A stretch of DNA of 60,049 bases from an uncultured Bacteriovoracaceae bacterium. GTDB taxonomy: Bacteria; Bdellovibrionota; UBA1018. The position numbers were made by a program, and so were the translations under genes. Position 1 is the stretch's first letter. Each line of letters opens with the position of its first letter. Positions 49,288 to 58,492 of this stretch are shown piece after piece. The DNA lies in the NCBI GenBank assembly GCA_964524175.1, contig CAZGCK010000004.1, positions 6,729-66,777 of the forward strand, given 5' to 3'. The notes beneath the pieces were generated by a model, which made no database searches, was not told where the DNA came from, and worked only from the letters and a program-made list of their open reading frames with translations.

Positions 49288-50031
49288 TTACATGTACATC
49301 CCGCCGTTAACCCCGATGACCTGGCCCGTAATATATCGGCTGGCTGGGGAGGCGAGAAAAGAGACTAAGGACGAGACGTCCTCGGGTTCTCCAAGTGTAC
49401 CTAGTGGGACGCTGCGGAGAATCGCCTCTTTTTGGGCATCCGTCAAGGCCCCAGTCATGTCAGTCGTGATGAATCCTGGGGTGACGACATTGACTCGAAC
49501 CTGGCGACTTCCCAGTTCTTTCGCGACACTTTTGCTAAAACCAATTAGCCCGGCTTTAGCTGCTGCATAGGCGCTCTGGCCTGCATTGCCGCTTTCACCC
49601 ACCACTGAAGAGATCTGAATGACACTGCCTTGGCGTTCGCGCATCATCTGTTTGCATGCAGCGCGCGTGCAGTAAATGGCGCCTTTTAAGTCAATATCCA
49701 AGGTGCGATCGAGGTCCTCATTTTTCAGGCGCATAAGCAGGGCGTCGATAGTCACACCCGCGTTGTTCACCAAGACGCGCAGGGGGGCATGGTTCTTTGC
49801 TATCCAATCAAACTTTTCGTCCACAGCAGCGGCGTTTGCAACGTCAAATCCAAACAGCTCGGCCTTGCCGCCTTCACGCGTGATTTGGTCTACGACTTCG
49901 CGCGCTTTTGCTTCATTTGAAGCGAAGTTCACGAGCACTCGAAAACCATCTTTTGCGAGACGAAGTGCTATCGCACGACCAATCCCGCGGGATGCGCCCG
50001 TGACTAATGCACTTTCTTGAGGTTCAGGCAT
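49288..50031 (-). CDS. fabG: 3-oxoacyl-ACP reductase
   Basis: TGASRGIG, NNAG and YAAAKAG SDR motifs. Sits in fab operon context. Confidence 0.9.
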   Translation of the reverse strand: MPEPQESALVTGASRGIGRAIALRLAKDGFRVLVNFASNEAKAREVVDQITREGGKAELFGFDVANAAAVDEKFDWIAKNHAPLRVLVNNAGVTIDALLMRLKNEDLDRTLDIDLKGAIYCTRAACKQMMRERQGSVIQISSVVGESGNAGQSAYAAAKAGLIGFSKSVAKELGSRQVRVNVVTPGFITTDMTGALTDAQKEAILRSVPLGTLGEPEDVSSLVSFLASPASRYITGQVIGVNGGMYM

Positions 50032-51064
50032 GGGCAGCTTCCTCCTGTTTTGGGGCAGACAAGGACTCGAGAGCTTTAAGTCCCGCTAGATCTCCTACGG
50101 AGAGGAGCGAAACGGTGTGACCGCGCGGCTGTGCGATTCGCTTCATGAGTCCTGCGAGGACTTTTCCGGGGCCAAATTCAATCGCAGTCGTGCAGCCGCT
50201 TTCTAGAAGCGTTTGCATGGATTGCTTCCAAAGCACTGGATGGTCCACCTGCTCAATGAGCAAATCAAAAACAACCCCTGGCTCTCGTGAGAGTCGGCCC
50301 GTCCGATTTGGGACATAAGCAAACTGCAGCGGCTGAGGCCGATCGCTACTGGTGGCCTGCCCAAATAGCTCAGCCATCCGCTCGCGCGCAGGCTTCATCA
50401 GGCGACAATGAAAAGGGGCGCTCACAGGCAAAGGCATCGCTTTACCTCCTGCAATCGGGCTGCCTGACTTGATCAAAGCAATCGCTTCTGCAATGCCATC
50501 TTTCGATCCTGCGATGACGACTTGCCCCGGAGAATTAAAGTTTGCAGGTTCAACCACGGACTCTACTGTCACATCGGCAGATGCACCGCTCTTTCTCTTG
50601 GCGATCGCTGCTTCAGTCGCAAGCGAGCAGATCTTAGCGACATCCTCGTCCTCCATCCCTAATACCGCAGCCATCGTGCCCTGCCCGGGCGGAACGGCTA
50701 CCTGCATGGCCTTACCTCGCTCACGAACCCAGCGCACGGCTTGCGAGAAGTGCAAAGATCCGGAAGCCACGAGTGCCGTGTACTCGCCCAACGAGTGGCC
50801 AGCGACAGCGTCCGGCGTAAAGCCTTGCTCCATCTGCGCTACTCTAAATGCAGCAATAGACGAAGTGAGCAGACTCGGCTGTGTGTTTTCGGTGAGGGTC
50901 AGCTCGGTGTCTGGTCCTTCAAAGCAAAGCTTCTTCAAATCTACCCGGATCGAATCGGAGGCTTCTTCGAAGATCTCGCGCACGACCTTAAAATTCTCGT
51001 AAAGCTCTTGGGTCATTCCAGGGTGTTGGGATCCCTGACCGGGAAAAAGTGCGACTCGGCGCAT
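50024..51064 (-). CDS. fabD: malonyl-CoA:ACP transacylase
   Basis: LFPGQGSQHPGM and GHSLGEY motifs. The ATG at 51064 gives the usual short N-terminus. The ORF also opens at 51103. Confidence 0.9.
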   Translation of the reverse strand: MRRVALFPGQGSQHPGMTQELYENFKVVREIFEEASDSIRVDLKKLCFEGPDTELTLTENTQPSLLTSSIAAFRVAQMEQGFTPDAVAGHSLGEYTALVASGSLHFSQAVRWVRERGKAMQVAVPPGQGTMAAVLGMEDEDVAKICSLATEAAIAKRKSGASADVTVESVVEPANFNSPGQVVIAGSKDGIAEAIALIKSGSPIAGGKAMPLPVSAPFHCRLMKPARERMAELFGQATSSDRPQPLQFAYVPNRTGRLSREPGVVFDLLIEQVDHPVLWKQSMQTLLESGCTTAIEFGPGKVLAGLMKRIAQPRGHTVSLLSVGDLAGLKALESLSAPKQEEAAHA

Positions 51065-51112
51065 GGTAAGTGAGGACATGACAAAAAGATCTAGACGATG
51101 CATTTGGGGGTT

Positions 51113-52681
51113 TCAATGAGAAAGCAAATCCTGCCAGACTTGCTGCTCAGTAGCGTAGCCTTCGTGCCCACTGCGGGGAAAGTCCCGATACGTGATGCGT
51201 TGACCCAATTTTGTGACTTCGGGAGTAAATATCGATGAAGGAACCGCAGTGTCCTTCTGGCCTGAATAGAGAAAGAACCTAAGTTCTGGGTGAGCGGCGA
51301 GCGACTCTGAAAACGAATCCAAGACAACTGGGTCCAAAACTCCCGCTTGAAGGAATTTGAGGAGCTCGACTTCCCATGGCCTATTGAATTGCTTCACGAG
51401 GCGGCATTCGTTGAACGTCAAATGAGCGATTTTCTCGCCTTGTTTAATGAGTTCGTCTTCTGCTTGCTTGCAGGCTTCTGCGTCGGTGAGTCCTGGTGTC
51501 ATTTCGAGGGCGCTGAGGACAGCCGAAGGAAATGCATTTGGCCCCATCCTCAATCCAAAAACAAAGAGCGTAACAAAGCGATCGAGTGCGTCTTCATGAA
51601 GTGTCTCATCCGCACGGAGGAGGGCGCTCAGTTGATCATGGAGTGTTCTCCAGCTCGGGCGAAAAACCAGAATCGATGTGAAGGCATCCAAAACGGCGGG
51701 ACCGCAAACCTTAATGGGCTTCTGCTCATAGCAACGATTTGCAGGGATCTGATCGCGGACCGTTTTGAGCATCTTGCGATCTTGGGTGAAGACCTCAAAA
51801 TAGTTCTCCGCCACTCGGTTTTGAGCTCGGATTCGTTCGGTAATGAAGCTCACGCCGTCGATCAATGCCCAGCCGTGAGCTGACGCGGTTGATACATGCT
51901 GAGGGGCAATCGTTGCGTAGCGATGGACGATGAGAGCTCCGTAGCTTTGTCCAAAAATCTGCCATTTGGAATTCGAGCCCAAAAGTTTTTCGCGAATGGC
52001 TTCTGCGTCTCGTACGATGGAGCGAGAGCCGTAGAGGGCGAGTCTTCGAACGGTGCTTTCGTCGAAAGATGTTGCATCATATGGGGCCGAGCAGCCGGTT
52101 CCACGTTGATCAATAAACACGACCGAGAAACTTCGCGACTGCACTCGTGCAAGAATGCCATTTTTAAACGAATGGCTGTCCGATGCGGGCCCGCCGTTGA
52201 AGAAAGCGAGAAATGGTGCTGTCTCACCGGCTGCTGATTGTTGTGCGCGCCAGTAGTAGAAAACGCGAATTTTACGTCCCTCCGGATTGGACCAATCCTC
52301 GGGTACGCTGATCGTCGCATGTTCGAATCCCTGGGGTAGGGAATTTACAAACGCTTGGCAAATAGGGGTGAGGGAGGTCGAATCCGTCGAAGAGTTTCCA
52401 GGTGCTGCGGGTTGTTGTGGTTTTCTCTCGACAGGCGGTAATGGGACAGCGGTTCTTCCTTCGTCTGCGGGCGGGTTCTGTGAAGGTCCAGGGGCGGGCA
52501 AGGAAGGAATGAGTGGGACATTGGGTAAAATAGGCTCACCCGTCTCCAATCGCTTTCTCAGCTCGCCGGCCTCTTCGGCAGTGATCGGTTTGACCGTGAC
52601 AACCATGGGGAGGCGTTTAGGCCCACAGCCTTGCGTCACCAACAGTACGGCTAGAATCAGAAGTGTTAGCCCAATTTTCAC
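51113..52681 (-). CDS. lipoprotein alpha/beta-hydrolase (prolyl-aminopeptidase/S33-like)
   Basis: Lipobox LLVTQG-C, FFNGGPA, IDQRGTGCS and the nucleophile elbow FGQSYG. 522 aa. It sits between fabH and fabD. Confidence 0.75.
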   Translation of the reverse strand: MKIGLTLLILAVLLVTQGCGPKRLPMVVTVKPITAEEAGELRKRLETGEPILPNVPLIPSLPAPGPSQNPPADEGRTAVPLPPVERKPQQPAAPGNSSTDSTSLTPICQAFVNSLPQGFEHATISVPEDWSNPEGRKIRVFYYWRAQQSAAGETAPFLAFFNGGPASDSHSFKNGILARVQSRSFSVVFIDQRGTGCSAPYDATSFDESTVRRLALYGSRSIVRDAEAIREKLLGSNSKWQIFGQSYGALIVHRYATIAPQHVSTASAHGWALIDGVSFITERIRAQNRVAENYFEVFTQDRKMLKTVRDQIPANRCYEQKPIKVCGPAVLDAFTSILVFRPSWRTLHDQLSALLRADETLHEDALDRFVTLFVFGLRMGPNAFPSAVLSALEMTPGLTDAEACKQAEDELIKQGEKIAHLTFNECRLVKQFNRPWEVELLKFLQAGVLDPVVLDSFSESLAAHPELRFFLYSGQKDTAVPSSIFTPEVTKLGQRITYRDFPRSGHEGYATEQQVWQDLLSH

Positions 52682-52784
52682 AGACTCGTGTCTATACTAA
52701 AACGGTCAACTTATGAAGTGCTTTTGATGGCCACCGGGAGCGACGTCTTTAATGAGTCAAAATAAAGGTTTAACCGGTAAATCT

Positions 52785-53807
52785 CTACCAGCGCATGAGC
52801 AAGGAGCCATAGGTCAGCCCGGCGCCAAATACATCCATGAGAATGGTGTGCCCCGAGCGTACGCGTCCATCTCGGACTCCTTCATCCAGCGCTGTTGGCA
52901 CAGTTGCAGATGAAGTGTTGCCGTACTTCTGAATATTCACCAAGACTCGCTCCATCGGAAAATCCAGACGCTTGGCGACTGCTTCGATGATTCTCATATT
53001 GGCCTGGTGAGGGACCATCCAATCCAGGTCCTTTACGCTCATGCCATTGTGTTCGAGCGCTTTGACCGCATATTCAGAAAGAGTGCGGACAGCGGATTTA
53101 AAAATCTCTTTGCCCTTCATTTGCATTTTGTCGAGCTTCTGCGCGTGCAAATCAGGAGTGGTTTCTTGGTTAGATCCGCCAGCTACGATGTGAAACAGAT
53201 CCCAAAGCTCCCCGTCACTTCCTAGGTGGGTCGACAAAATTTTGTGCGGCGACTCGCGAGATGCGCGCTCCACAAGGGTGGCGCCGGCAGCATCGCCAAA
53301 GAGAATGCAGGAGCCGCGATCCTCCCAATTGGTAAACGCAGTGAGTACGTCGCCGCCCACGACGAGCGATGTTTTGACTTGACCTGATCGAATGAATTGA
53401 TCGGCCGTGGCCATGGCATAAACAAAGCCCGAACACGCGGCGTTGATATCCATCGCATAGGCTTTTTTCGCGCCTAGTTTTTTTTGCAGCCAGCAAGCCG
53501 TAGAAGGAATGATCGTGTCCGGAGTGCAAGTCGCGTAAATGATTTGGTCGATGTCTTCAGGCTTTTTCTTAGCCATTTCCAAGGCTCGCACTGCAGCTTT
53601 CAATCCCAATGATGAATTATGTTCATCGGGATTGCCTCGTGCGGAGATTCTGCGCTCAGCGATTCCAGTGCGCTCTCGAATCCAAGCGTCATTGGTTTCG
53701 AGACGTTTGGAAAGATCGTCGTTGGTGACTCGGGTTTCGGGAAAGGCCGAGCCAATCCCAGTCACGCGTGAAGCGTAGGGAGAAAGATTCGCCGAGGAGT
53801 GAAGCAT
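52785..53807 (-). CDS. fabH: beta-ketoacyl-ACP synthase III
   Basis: INAACSGFVYA (Cys), VPHQAN (His) and YGNTSSAT (Asn). Confidence 0.92.
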   Translation of the reverse strand: MLHSSANLSPYASRVTGIGSAFPETRVTNDDLSKRLETNDAWIRERTGIAERRISARGNPDEHNSSLGLKAAVRALEMAKKKPEDIDQIIYATCTPDTIIPSTACWLQKKLGAKKAYAMDINAACSGFVYAMATADQFIRSGQVKTSLVVGGDVLTAFTNWEDRGSCILFGDAAGATLVERASRESPHKILSTHLGSDGELWDLFHIVAGGSNQETTPDLHAQKLDKMQMKGKEIFKSAVRTLSEYAVKALEHNGMSVKDLDWMVPHQANMRIIEAVAKRLDFPMERVLVNIQKYGNTSSATVPTALDEGVRDGRVRSGHTILMDVFGAGLTYGSLLMRW

Positions 53808-53825
53808 CGGTTAGATGGCTACGAA

Positions 53826-54026
53826 TTAAACTTGAGCTGTGCTCTTGGCAGCAACGGCAATGACAGTTCTGCCGTTGTAAGCGCCACAACGACAAACGCG
53901 GTGTGGACGGCTTGGCTCAGAGCAAGCAGGGCAGGTGCTAACTGTCACTTTTTCCATGCGGTTGCCGCCAGAGAATCGGCGCATGTTACGGCGTGAACGG
54001 GATACTTTTTTCTTAGGTGTTGCCAT
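53826..54026 (-). CDS. rpmF: 50S ribosomal protein L32
   Basis: MATPKKKVSRSRRNMRR, CPAC...CRC zinc-ribbon form. 66 aa. Confidence 0.92.
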   Translation of the reverse strand: MATPKKKVSRSRRNMRRFSGGNRMEKVTVSTCPACSEPSRPHRVCRCGAYNGRTVIAVAAKSTAQV

Positions 54027-54028
54027 GA

Positions 54029-54640
54029 CTAAACTCTCCTGAAATCTTTAAGTACCGAAAATGGATTGGACTTGGCGATCTTTGCACAGGCGCAGCGCCC
54101 GATGTTCAAATCAGCCCCACACTGCAGGCACATGCCTTTACAATCTTCCCGGCACAGCGGCTGAAAAGGGGTCTGAAGGCGCAAATGCTCCGTGAGGACT
54201 TCGCTGAGGTCTACGTAATCGTCTGATAGATAAGTAATGTCAAGATCTTTGCCTAAAGCGCTCTGCTTGTCTGCTTCACTATCGTGAGCGTGACGAGCAT
54301 ATCCCTTGTTTTGACCTGCCGGCTTGTTGTCCGTGAGGTAGCCCACTCCGGCCATCACTGGATCTTTACAAAGTAGGCCAGAAAAATCAGGGTTAATTTT
54401 GAATTGGAAGGGATTTGCGCAACGACTGCAGATTAAAGACAGGTCCGTCTTGACCCGGCCAGAAAGCACAACGACGTCATCTACTTTTCTGAGCGAAAAG
54501 TGGACGCCAATGGGTCGTTCTTTGCGTTTTAAGTCCTGGGTCTCATCTGCACTTTCAACGGCAGTTCGGATCCAGGTCTCGTCTTCCGTAAAGTCGAGCT
54601 CAGTCTCAAAGTCAGTAATTTCGTGCAGATGTATTTTCAT
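54029..54640 (-). CDS. yceD: YceD/DUF177-family protein
   Basis: Conserved position immediately upstream of rpmF. C-terminal Cys pairs (CREDCKGMCLQCGADLN...CAC). 203 aa. Confidence 0.8.
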   Translation of the reverse strand: MKIHLHEITDFETELDFTEDETWIRTAVESADETQDLKRKERPIGVHFSLRKVDDVVVLSGRVKTDLSLICSRCANPFQFKINPDFSGLLCKDPVMAGVGYLTDNKPAGQNKGYARHAHDSEADKQSALGKDLDITYLSDDYVDLSEVLTEHLRLQTPFQPLCREDCKGMCLQCGADLNIGRCACAKIAKSNPFSVLKDFRRV

Positions 54641-54686
54641 GAAAGCCTATCTGGTGAGCTTAAGTAGCTGTTCCGAACTCAAAGAG

Positions 54687-55748
54687 TCAATCAAAAAACC
54701 TCGTGATTTGCAGGCGTTTTTTGGGTGATTCGTGGATACGCCAATGAACTGAATGGCTTTTTTGAAGTCGCGGGATCCAGGCAGCTAGACCCAGAGCTTT
54801 CAGTGGGTCCGTCGTGACGTGACGTATGTGGCCTTTTAGAATCGCTCGGGTTGAAGTTTGGGTCGCAGTGCTTTCGGCGCATATCCAGGCTGCAAAGGCT
54901 TGGGGGAGGGGCACGCCCCCTCCGGCGAGCGCCTCACCCGAGGTCCGGCAAGCACCGTTTTTAAAGCGTATTTTAAGGTTTCCAAACAAATGCCAGCTCC
55001 CCGCTCGAGTGCCCGCGGCGGGTGCGCAATCTGAAACATAGCAAAGCGGGGCTTGCCCATGAAGGGTGCGAGTCCATCGAAGAATAGTCGGGGCGACATG
55101 GACTTGATCGAGAATCAGCTCGATAGCCACGTCTTTGCGGCCTAATGCAGCCCCAAGGGGGCCGGGGGCGCGATGATGAAAAGTGAGGGCGTTCCAAGCA
55201 TGGGTGAGTCCCCGGACGCCCAGGTCAAAGGCCTGTTTGGCTTGGGTTTCGGTGGCTTGAGAATGTCCTAGGGATAGGTGGATTGTGCGGACCTGGCACC
55301 AATGGATGAGCTTCTTGAGCTGGGCCTCCGAAAGTTGCTCAGGCGCGAACGTAATGATTTTTAAGTGATGTAGGCTATCTTCCCACAGCTGCTCGAGCTC
55401 TCTGAAGTTGAGAACACGAATGGCTTTAGGAGGGTGCGCGCCGCAAGCGTGCGGATGAATGTAGGGGCCTTCGAGGTGGATACCGAGGGGGTGCGCGCGA
55501 CCGGGTGTGGGTCTTTTGCGTTTTTCGATCCATGCCCCTAGTCTTCGCACCGTTTCCCTAAGTTGCGGGAAAGGAACAGATAGGGTGGTGGGGCAAAAGG
55601 CCGCTACACCGGCTGACGCGAGCTTTCCCGCTAACCGATCTAGCTCGGTAGAAGTAGCTGACATGAGGTCGATTCCGAAAGCGCCGTGACAATGAATATC
55701 CACGACTCCCAGAGTTTTGATCTTGACGACGGTTTTTGGGCGTGGCAC
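54687..55748 (-). CDS. amidohydrolase, N-acetylglucosamine-6-phosphate deacetylase-like
   Basis: VVDIHCHGAFGIDLM, HLEGPY and LTHAWNAL resemble NagA motifs. Only about 15 residues precede the HxH, so the usual N-terminal beta-sandwich segment seems short. Confidence 0.65.
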   Translation of the reverse strand: MPRPKTVVKIKTLGVVDIHCHGAFGIDLMSATSTELDRLAGKLASAGVAAFCPTTLSVPFPQLRETVRRLGAWIEKRKRPTPGRAHPLGIHLEGPYIHPHACGAHPPKAIRVLNFRELEQLWEDSLHHLKIITFAPEQLSEAQLKKLIHWCQVRTIHLSLGHSQATETQAKQAFDLGVRGLTHAWNALTFHHRAPGPLGAALGRKDVAIELILDQVHVAPTILRWTRTLHGQAPLCYVSDCAPAAGTRAGSWHLFGNLKIRFKNGACRTSGEALAGGGVPLPQAFAAWICAESTATQTSTRAILKGHIRHVTTDPLKALGLAAWIPRLQKSHSVHWRIHESPKKRLQITRFFD

Positions 55749-55825
55749 CCAAACAGACGTATCATAAAATTAAACCTTTGAAATCCGCAGCATTAGAATT
55801 CTCAAGCTGAATAGGATCTACCGAC

Positions 55826-56401
55826 ATGGCTCCAACCTCCCAATCGTCTAAAAAAGCCGCTCCCAAGCCAGCAAAAAAGGATTCGAAACTTGCATCCCTT
55901 AAGTCTGCAATTTTTGGGGCGAGTAAGAAACCTCAAGTCGCGGCCCCTCAGTCTAAGGCAGGGCAAGCTATGAAAAGCGGCAAGTCAGATGTGAAGCCCA
56001 TGGACAAGAAAGCTGGCGACAAGAAGGGCGCAAAGGCCCCTGCTACGGCTCCTGCTGCTAAAGCAGTCGTTGGCAAAAAGGGCGCTTTGCCTGCTGCGGC
56101 TCCAAAAGGTGCAGCTCCTGGCAAAGGCGCACCGCAAGCCAATGAGCAAGCCGCTAAACCCGCCTTGACCAAGGGCAAGAAGGTTCCTGCTAAGAAGAAG
56201 CCAGATGAGCAAGATCTCATCCCTCAGGCAGGGCCGTCGATTCGAATTTCCTACGACGCCAACGGTGAAGCCGTTTGTCGCGAAGTCGCGTGCGAAGGTC
56301 TTTCGACCTCCAGCGGCTACTGCCGCATGCACTACATCAAAAATTGGAAAAAAATTAAGCGTAAGGATCTGATTCTCCAAGAAGGCCAACTCAATCAATA
56401 A
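55826..56401 (+). CDS. Lys/Ala/Pro-rich basic protein with a Cys motif; the ORF is interrupted by an in-frame TAA and the frame stays open to 56608
   Basis: 191 aa up to the TAA at 56399-56401. It has a histone-H1-like K/A/P-rich N-terminus and CREVACEGLSTSSGYCRMHY. The same frame continues for 68 sense codons (IEELVAKYPDKYIEAIRQDL...DDDGDSGF) with no ATG, GTG or TTG start. Confidence 0.5.
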   Translation: MAPTSQSSKKAAPKPAKKDSKLASLKSAIFGASKKPQVAAPQSKAGQAMKSGKSDVKPMDKKAGDKKGAKAPATAPAAKAVVGKKGALPAAAPKGAAPGKGAPQANEQAAKPALTKGKKVPAKKKPDEQDLIPQAGPSIRISYDANGEAVCREVACEGLSTSSGYCRMHYIKNWKKIKRKDLILQEGQLNQ

Positions 56402-56688
56402 ATCGAAGAGCTTGTCGCTAAGTATCCCGATAAGTACATCGAAGCGATCCGCCAAGACCTTGCAAACGACAAGGATTTTGCGAAGGTTATTTATGACCTC
56501 GATCTCGATGAGTCGGTAGATGACTTTGAGGGTGACGGTGAGTCGCTCGAAGCCGTCATCGATACGATCAAGCGAGACTTTGACGATGATGGGGATAGCG
56601 GATTCTAGCGAGTTAGGCTGTTCTTCAATCCGGATTTCAATGCCAATGAAATCCGGACAGACGGATGGCAATTGGGATTACCGTTGGG

Positions 56689-57315
56689 TTAGTGCAACGA
56701 CCCGCCATTACCGGATCCTCGTGGCTTATTGGGGCCTACACCCGGGCCTGTGACAAAAAGCTTCTCGGTTTCTTGCTCTTCTTCAGCTTGCTTACGCTTG
56801 AAGTCTGGGTCGTGCTGATCAAGCCAATCATCGGCCAACTGATCTAGTTTGGGATTGGACTTGTCGAGCATGAGATGAACTTTATGATTCTCGATTTTCA
56901 TGCTCGTCCATTCAAAGGGCACATCTTCGAGCTCGGAGAGCGATTCAGCGGAGAGTTTCTCCAGTTGCTCGGGCTTAGCATCGGCGAGGTATTTGCCGTA
57001 GAGAGCCCCAATCGCATCCACGCAAGCGCCCAGAACTTCCTGCAAGGTGGGCGCGCTGGCACGGGGATCAAAATCTACGCTCGCATAAACGCTGGTGGCG
57101 GCGAGCTGCCCTTCTTCGAGGAGGGCTACGCAGAGAACGATCTCGTCTGGATAGATGGTCCCGCTCGTGTCGAAGGTGAATGGATTGGGCCGGAGTTGAG
57201 CGAGGCCTTTTAGGCCGGCATCAAAATTAGCAGTGAAGATCTCGTTCACCATTTTTGTGAAATCCACTGGAACAGCGCTCGATTTGCCTTGGGTCTTTTT
57301 TCTGCGTTCAAGCAT
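56689..57315 (-). CDS. hypothetical protein
   Basis: 208 aa, 17 nt downstream of htrA on the same strand, with an acidic C-terminal half. No family recognised. Confidence 0.45.
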   Translation of the reverse strand: MLERRKKTQGKSSAVPVDFTKMVNEIFTANFDAGLKGLAQLRPNPFTFDTSGTIYPDEIVLCVALLEEGQLAATSVYASVDFDPRASAPTLQEVLGACVDAIGALYGKYLADAKPEQLEKLSAESLSELEDVPFEWTSMKIENHKVHLMLDKSNPKLDQLADDWLDQHDPDFKRKQAEEEQETEKLFVTGPGVGPNKPRGSGNGGSLH

Positions 57316-57332
57316 GTGAGGATTGCCTCTCT

Positions 57333-58412
57333 TTAAAGTATTCCCTGTGGGAGGTGATCGAGGCGGGGAAGCTCCTCGAATTGGACCTCAATCTCAACCT
57401 TTTTCTGCCCTCGGCGGATGGTCAGCTTCGCTTTATCAGTAGGCTTATGCTTTGCCAGCGTTTTTTCGAGGTCGAGGGCCTCTGCTGTCGGTGTGCCGTT
57501 GATTTGGGTGATAATATCGCCGCGCCTTAGGCCGGCTTGCTCGGCGGGGCCGTCTTGGACTACATCGGTGATGAGAATCCCTTTTGATGTGGCTAGTTGG
57601 TAGAAAAGCTCGAGTTGGGGAGTCATGGTGCGGCCTAGAACTCCTAGCCATGGACGAGGGACTCGGCCATAGCGCTTGAGTAGGGACAGAATGTCCTTAG
57701 CTTCGTTGACGGGGATTGCAAACCCTAGGCCCCCGCTCTGCCCTGTGCGCGAGTAAATCACCGTGTTGATGCCAATAACTTCACCTTTGAGATTGAAAAG
57801 GGGGCCACCTGAGTTGCCAGGGTTGATCGAGGCGTCAGTCTGCAAGAAGTTGTCGAAGGGGCCTTGTCCGATCGTGCGGTTTTTTGCGCTGATGATGCCC
57901 ATTGTGACCGTGTGCTGGAGGCCAAAGGGGTTGCCCACGGCAAAGACACTTTCAGCGATTCTGAGAGAGTTCGAATCGCCGAACGGTACGGGTTTGAGAT
58001 TCTGCGGAACTCTCCGCTCTTTGTCGCGGATTTGGAGCAATGCCAAGTCCATCTTGGGGTCGCGGCCAATGACCTTGGCTTTGAATTCACGCTTATCGAG
58101 AAGGGTAATCTGTACTTCGGTGGCCCGATCTACAACATGGTGATTGGTGATGATGAAACCGTCGGAGTCGATGAGAAAGCCAGAGCCTAGAGAGGTTTGC
58201 TTTTCTTTATGTTGCTGAGGGATGCCCCAGAAGTGCAGGAAATCTTCCATGCCGTGGACCTGATAATTGATCACAGTCGTGGAGCTCACGTTGACGACGC
58301 CGGGAAGAACTTTTTCGACAAGGTCGGGAAGGTTGGGAGTTGGAAGAGGTGAGGCGTGAGCTGGGAGAGTGAAGAGAATGAGGACTGCGCAGTGCGCGAT
58401 ACGAAAGAGCAT
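57333..58412 (-). CDS. htrA: HtrA/DegP-family serine protease with one PDZ domain
   Basis: Signal peptide, TNHHV, DLALLQI, GNSGGPLFN and a C-terminal PDZ (GLRRGDIITQINGTP). Confidence 0.88.
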   Translation of the reverse strand: MLFRIAHCAVLILFTLPAHASPLPTPNLPDLVEKVLPGVVNVSSTTVINYQVHGMEDFLHFWGIPQQHKEKQTSLGSGFLIDSDGFIITNHHVVDRATEVQITLLDKREFKAKVIGRDPKMDLALLQIRDKERRVPQNLKPVPFGDSNSLRIAESVFAVGNPFGLQHTVTMGIISAKNRTIGQGPFDNFLQTDASINPGNSGGPLFNLKGEVIGINTVIYSRTGQSGGLGFAIPVNEAKDILSLLKRYGRVPRPWLGVLGRTMTPQLELFYQLATSKGILITDVVQDGPAEQAGLRRGDIITQINGTPTAEALDLEKTLAKHKPTDKAKLTIRRGQKKVEIEVQFEELPRLDHLPQGIL

Positions 58413-58492
58413 AGGAGATCAATTTAGCGGCGTGGGCCCAAGCTGTCTAGAGAACAGCGTTTAGGTTAAAACGACGATTTGTGTCTTTCGAC

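Noticed and set aside
56399-56401. Genetic-code reassignment of TAA as the explanation for the in-frame stop.
   Set aside because: TAA clearly terminates other well-defined genes here, such as trxA at 34161-34163 and the histidine kinase at 39091-39093.
55985-56671. A 228-aa minus-strand ORF opposite the Lys/Ala-rich gene and its acidic extension.
   Set aside because: It is the antisense image of a low-complexity coding region. The plus-strand frame has coherent codon usage and a Cys motif.
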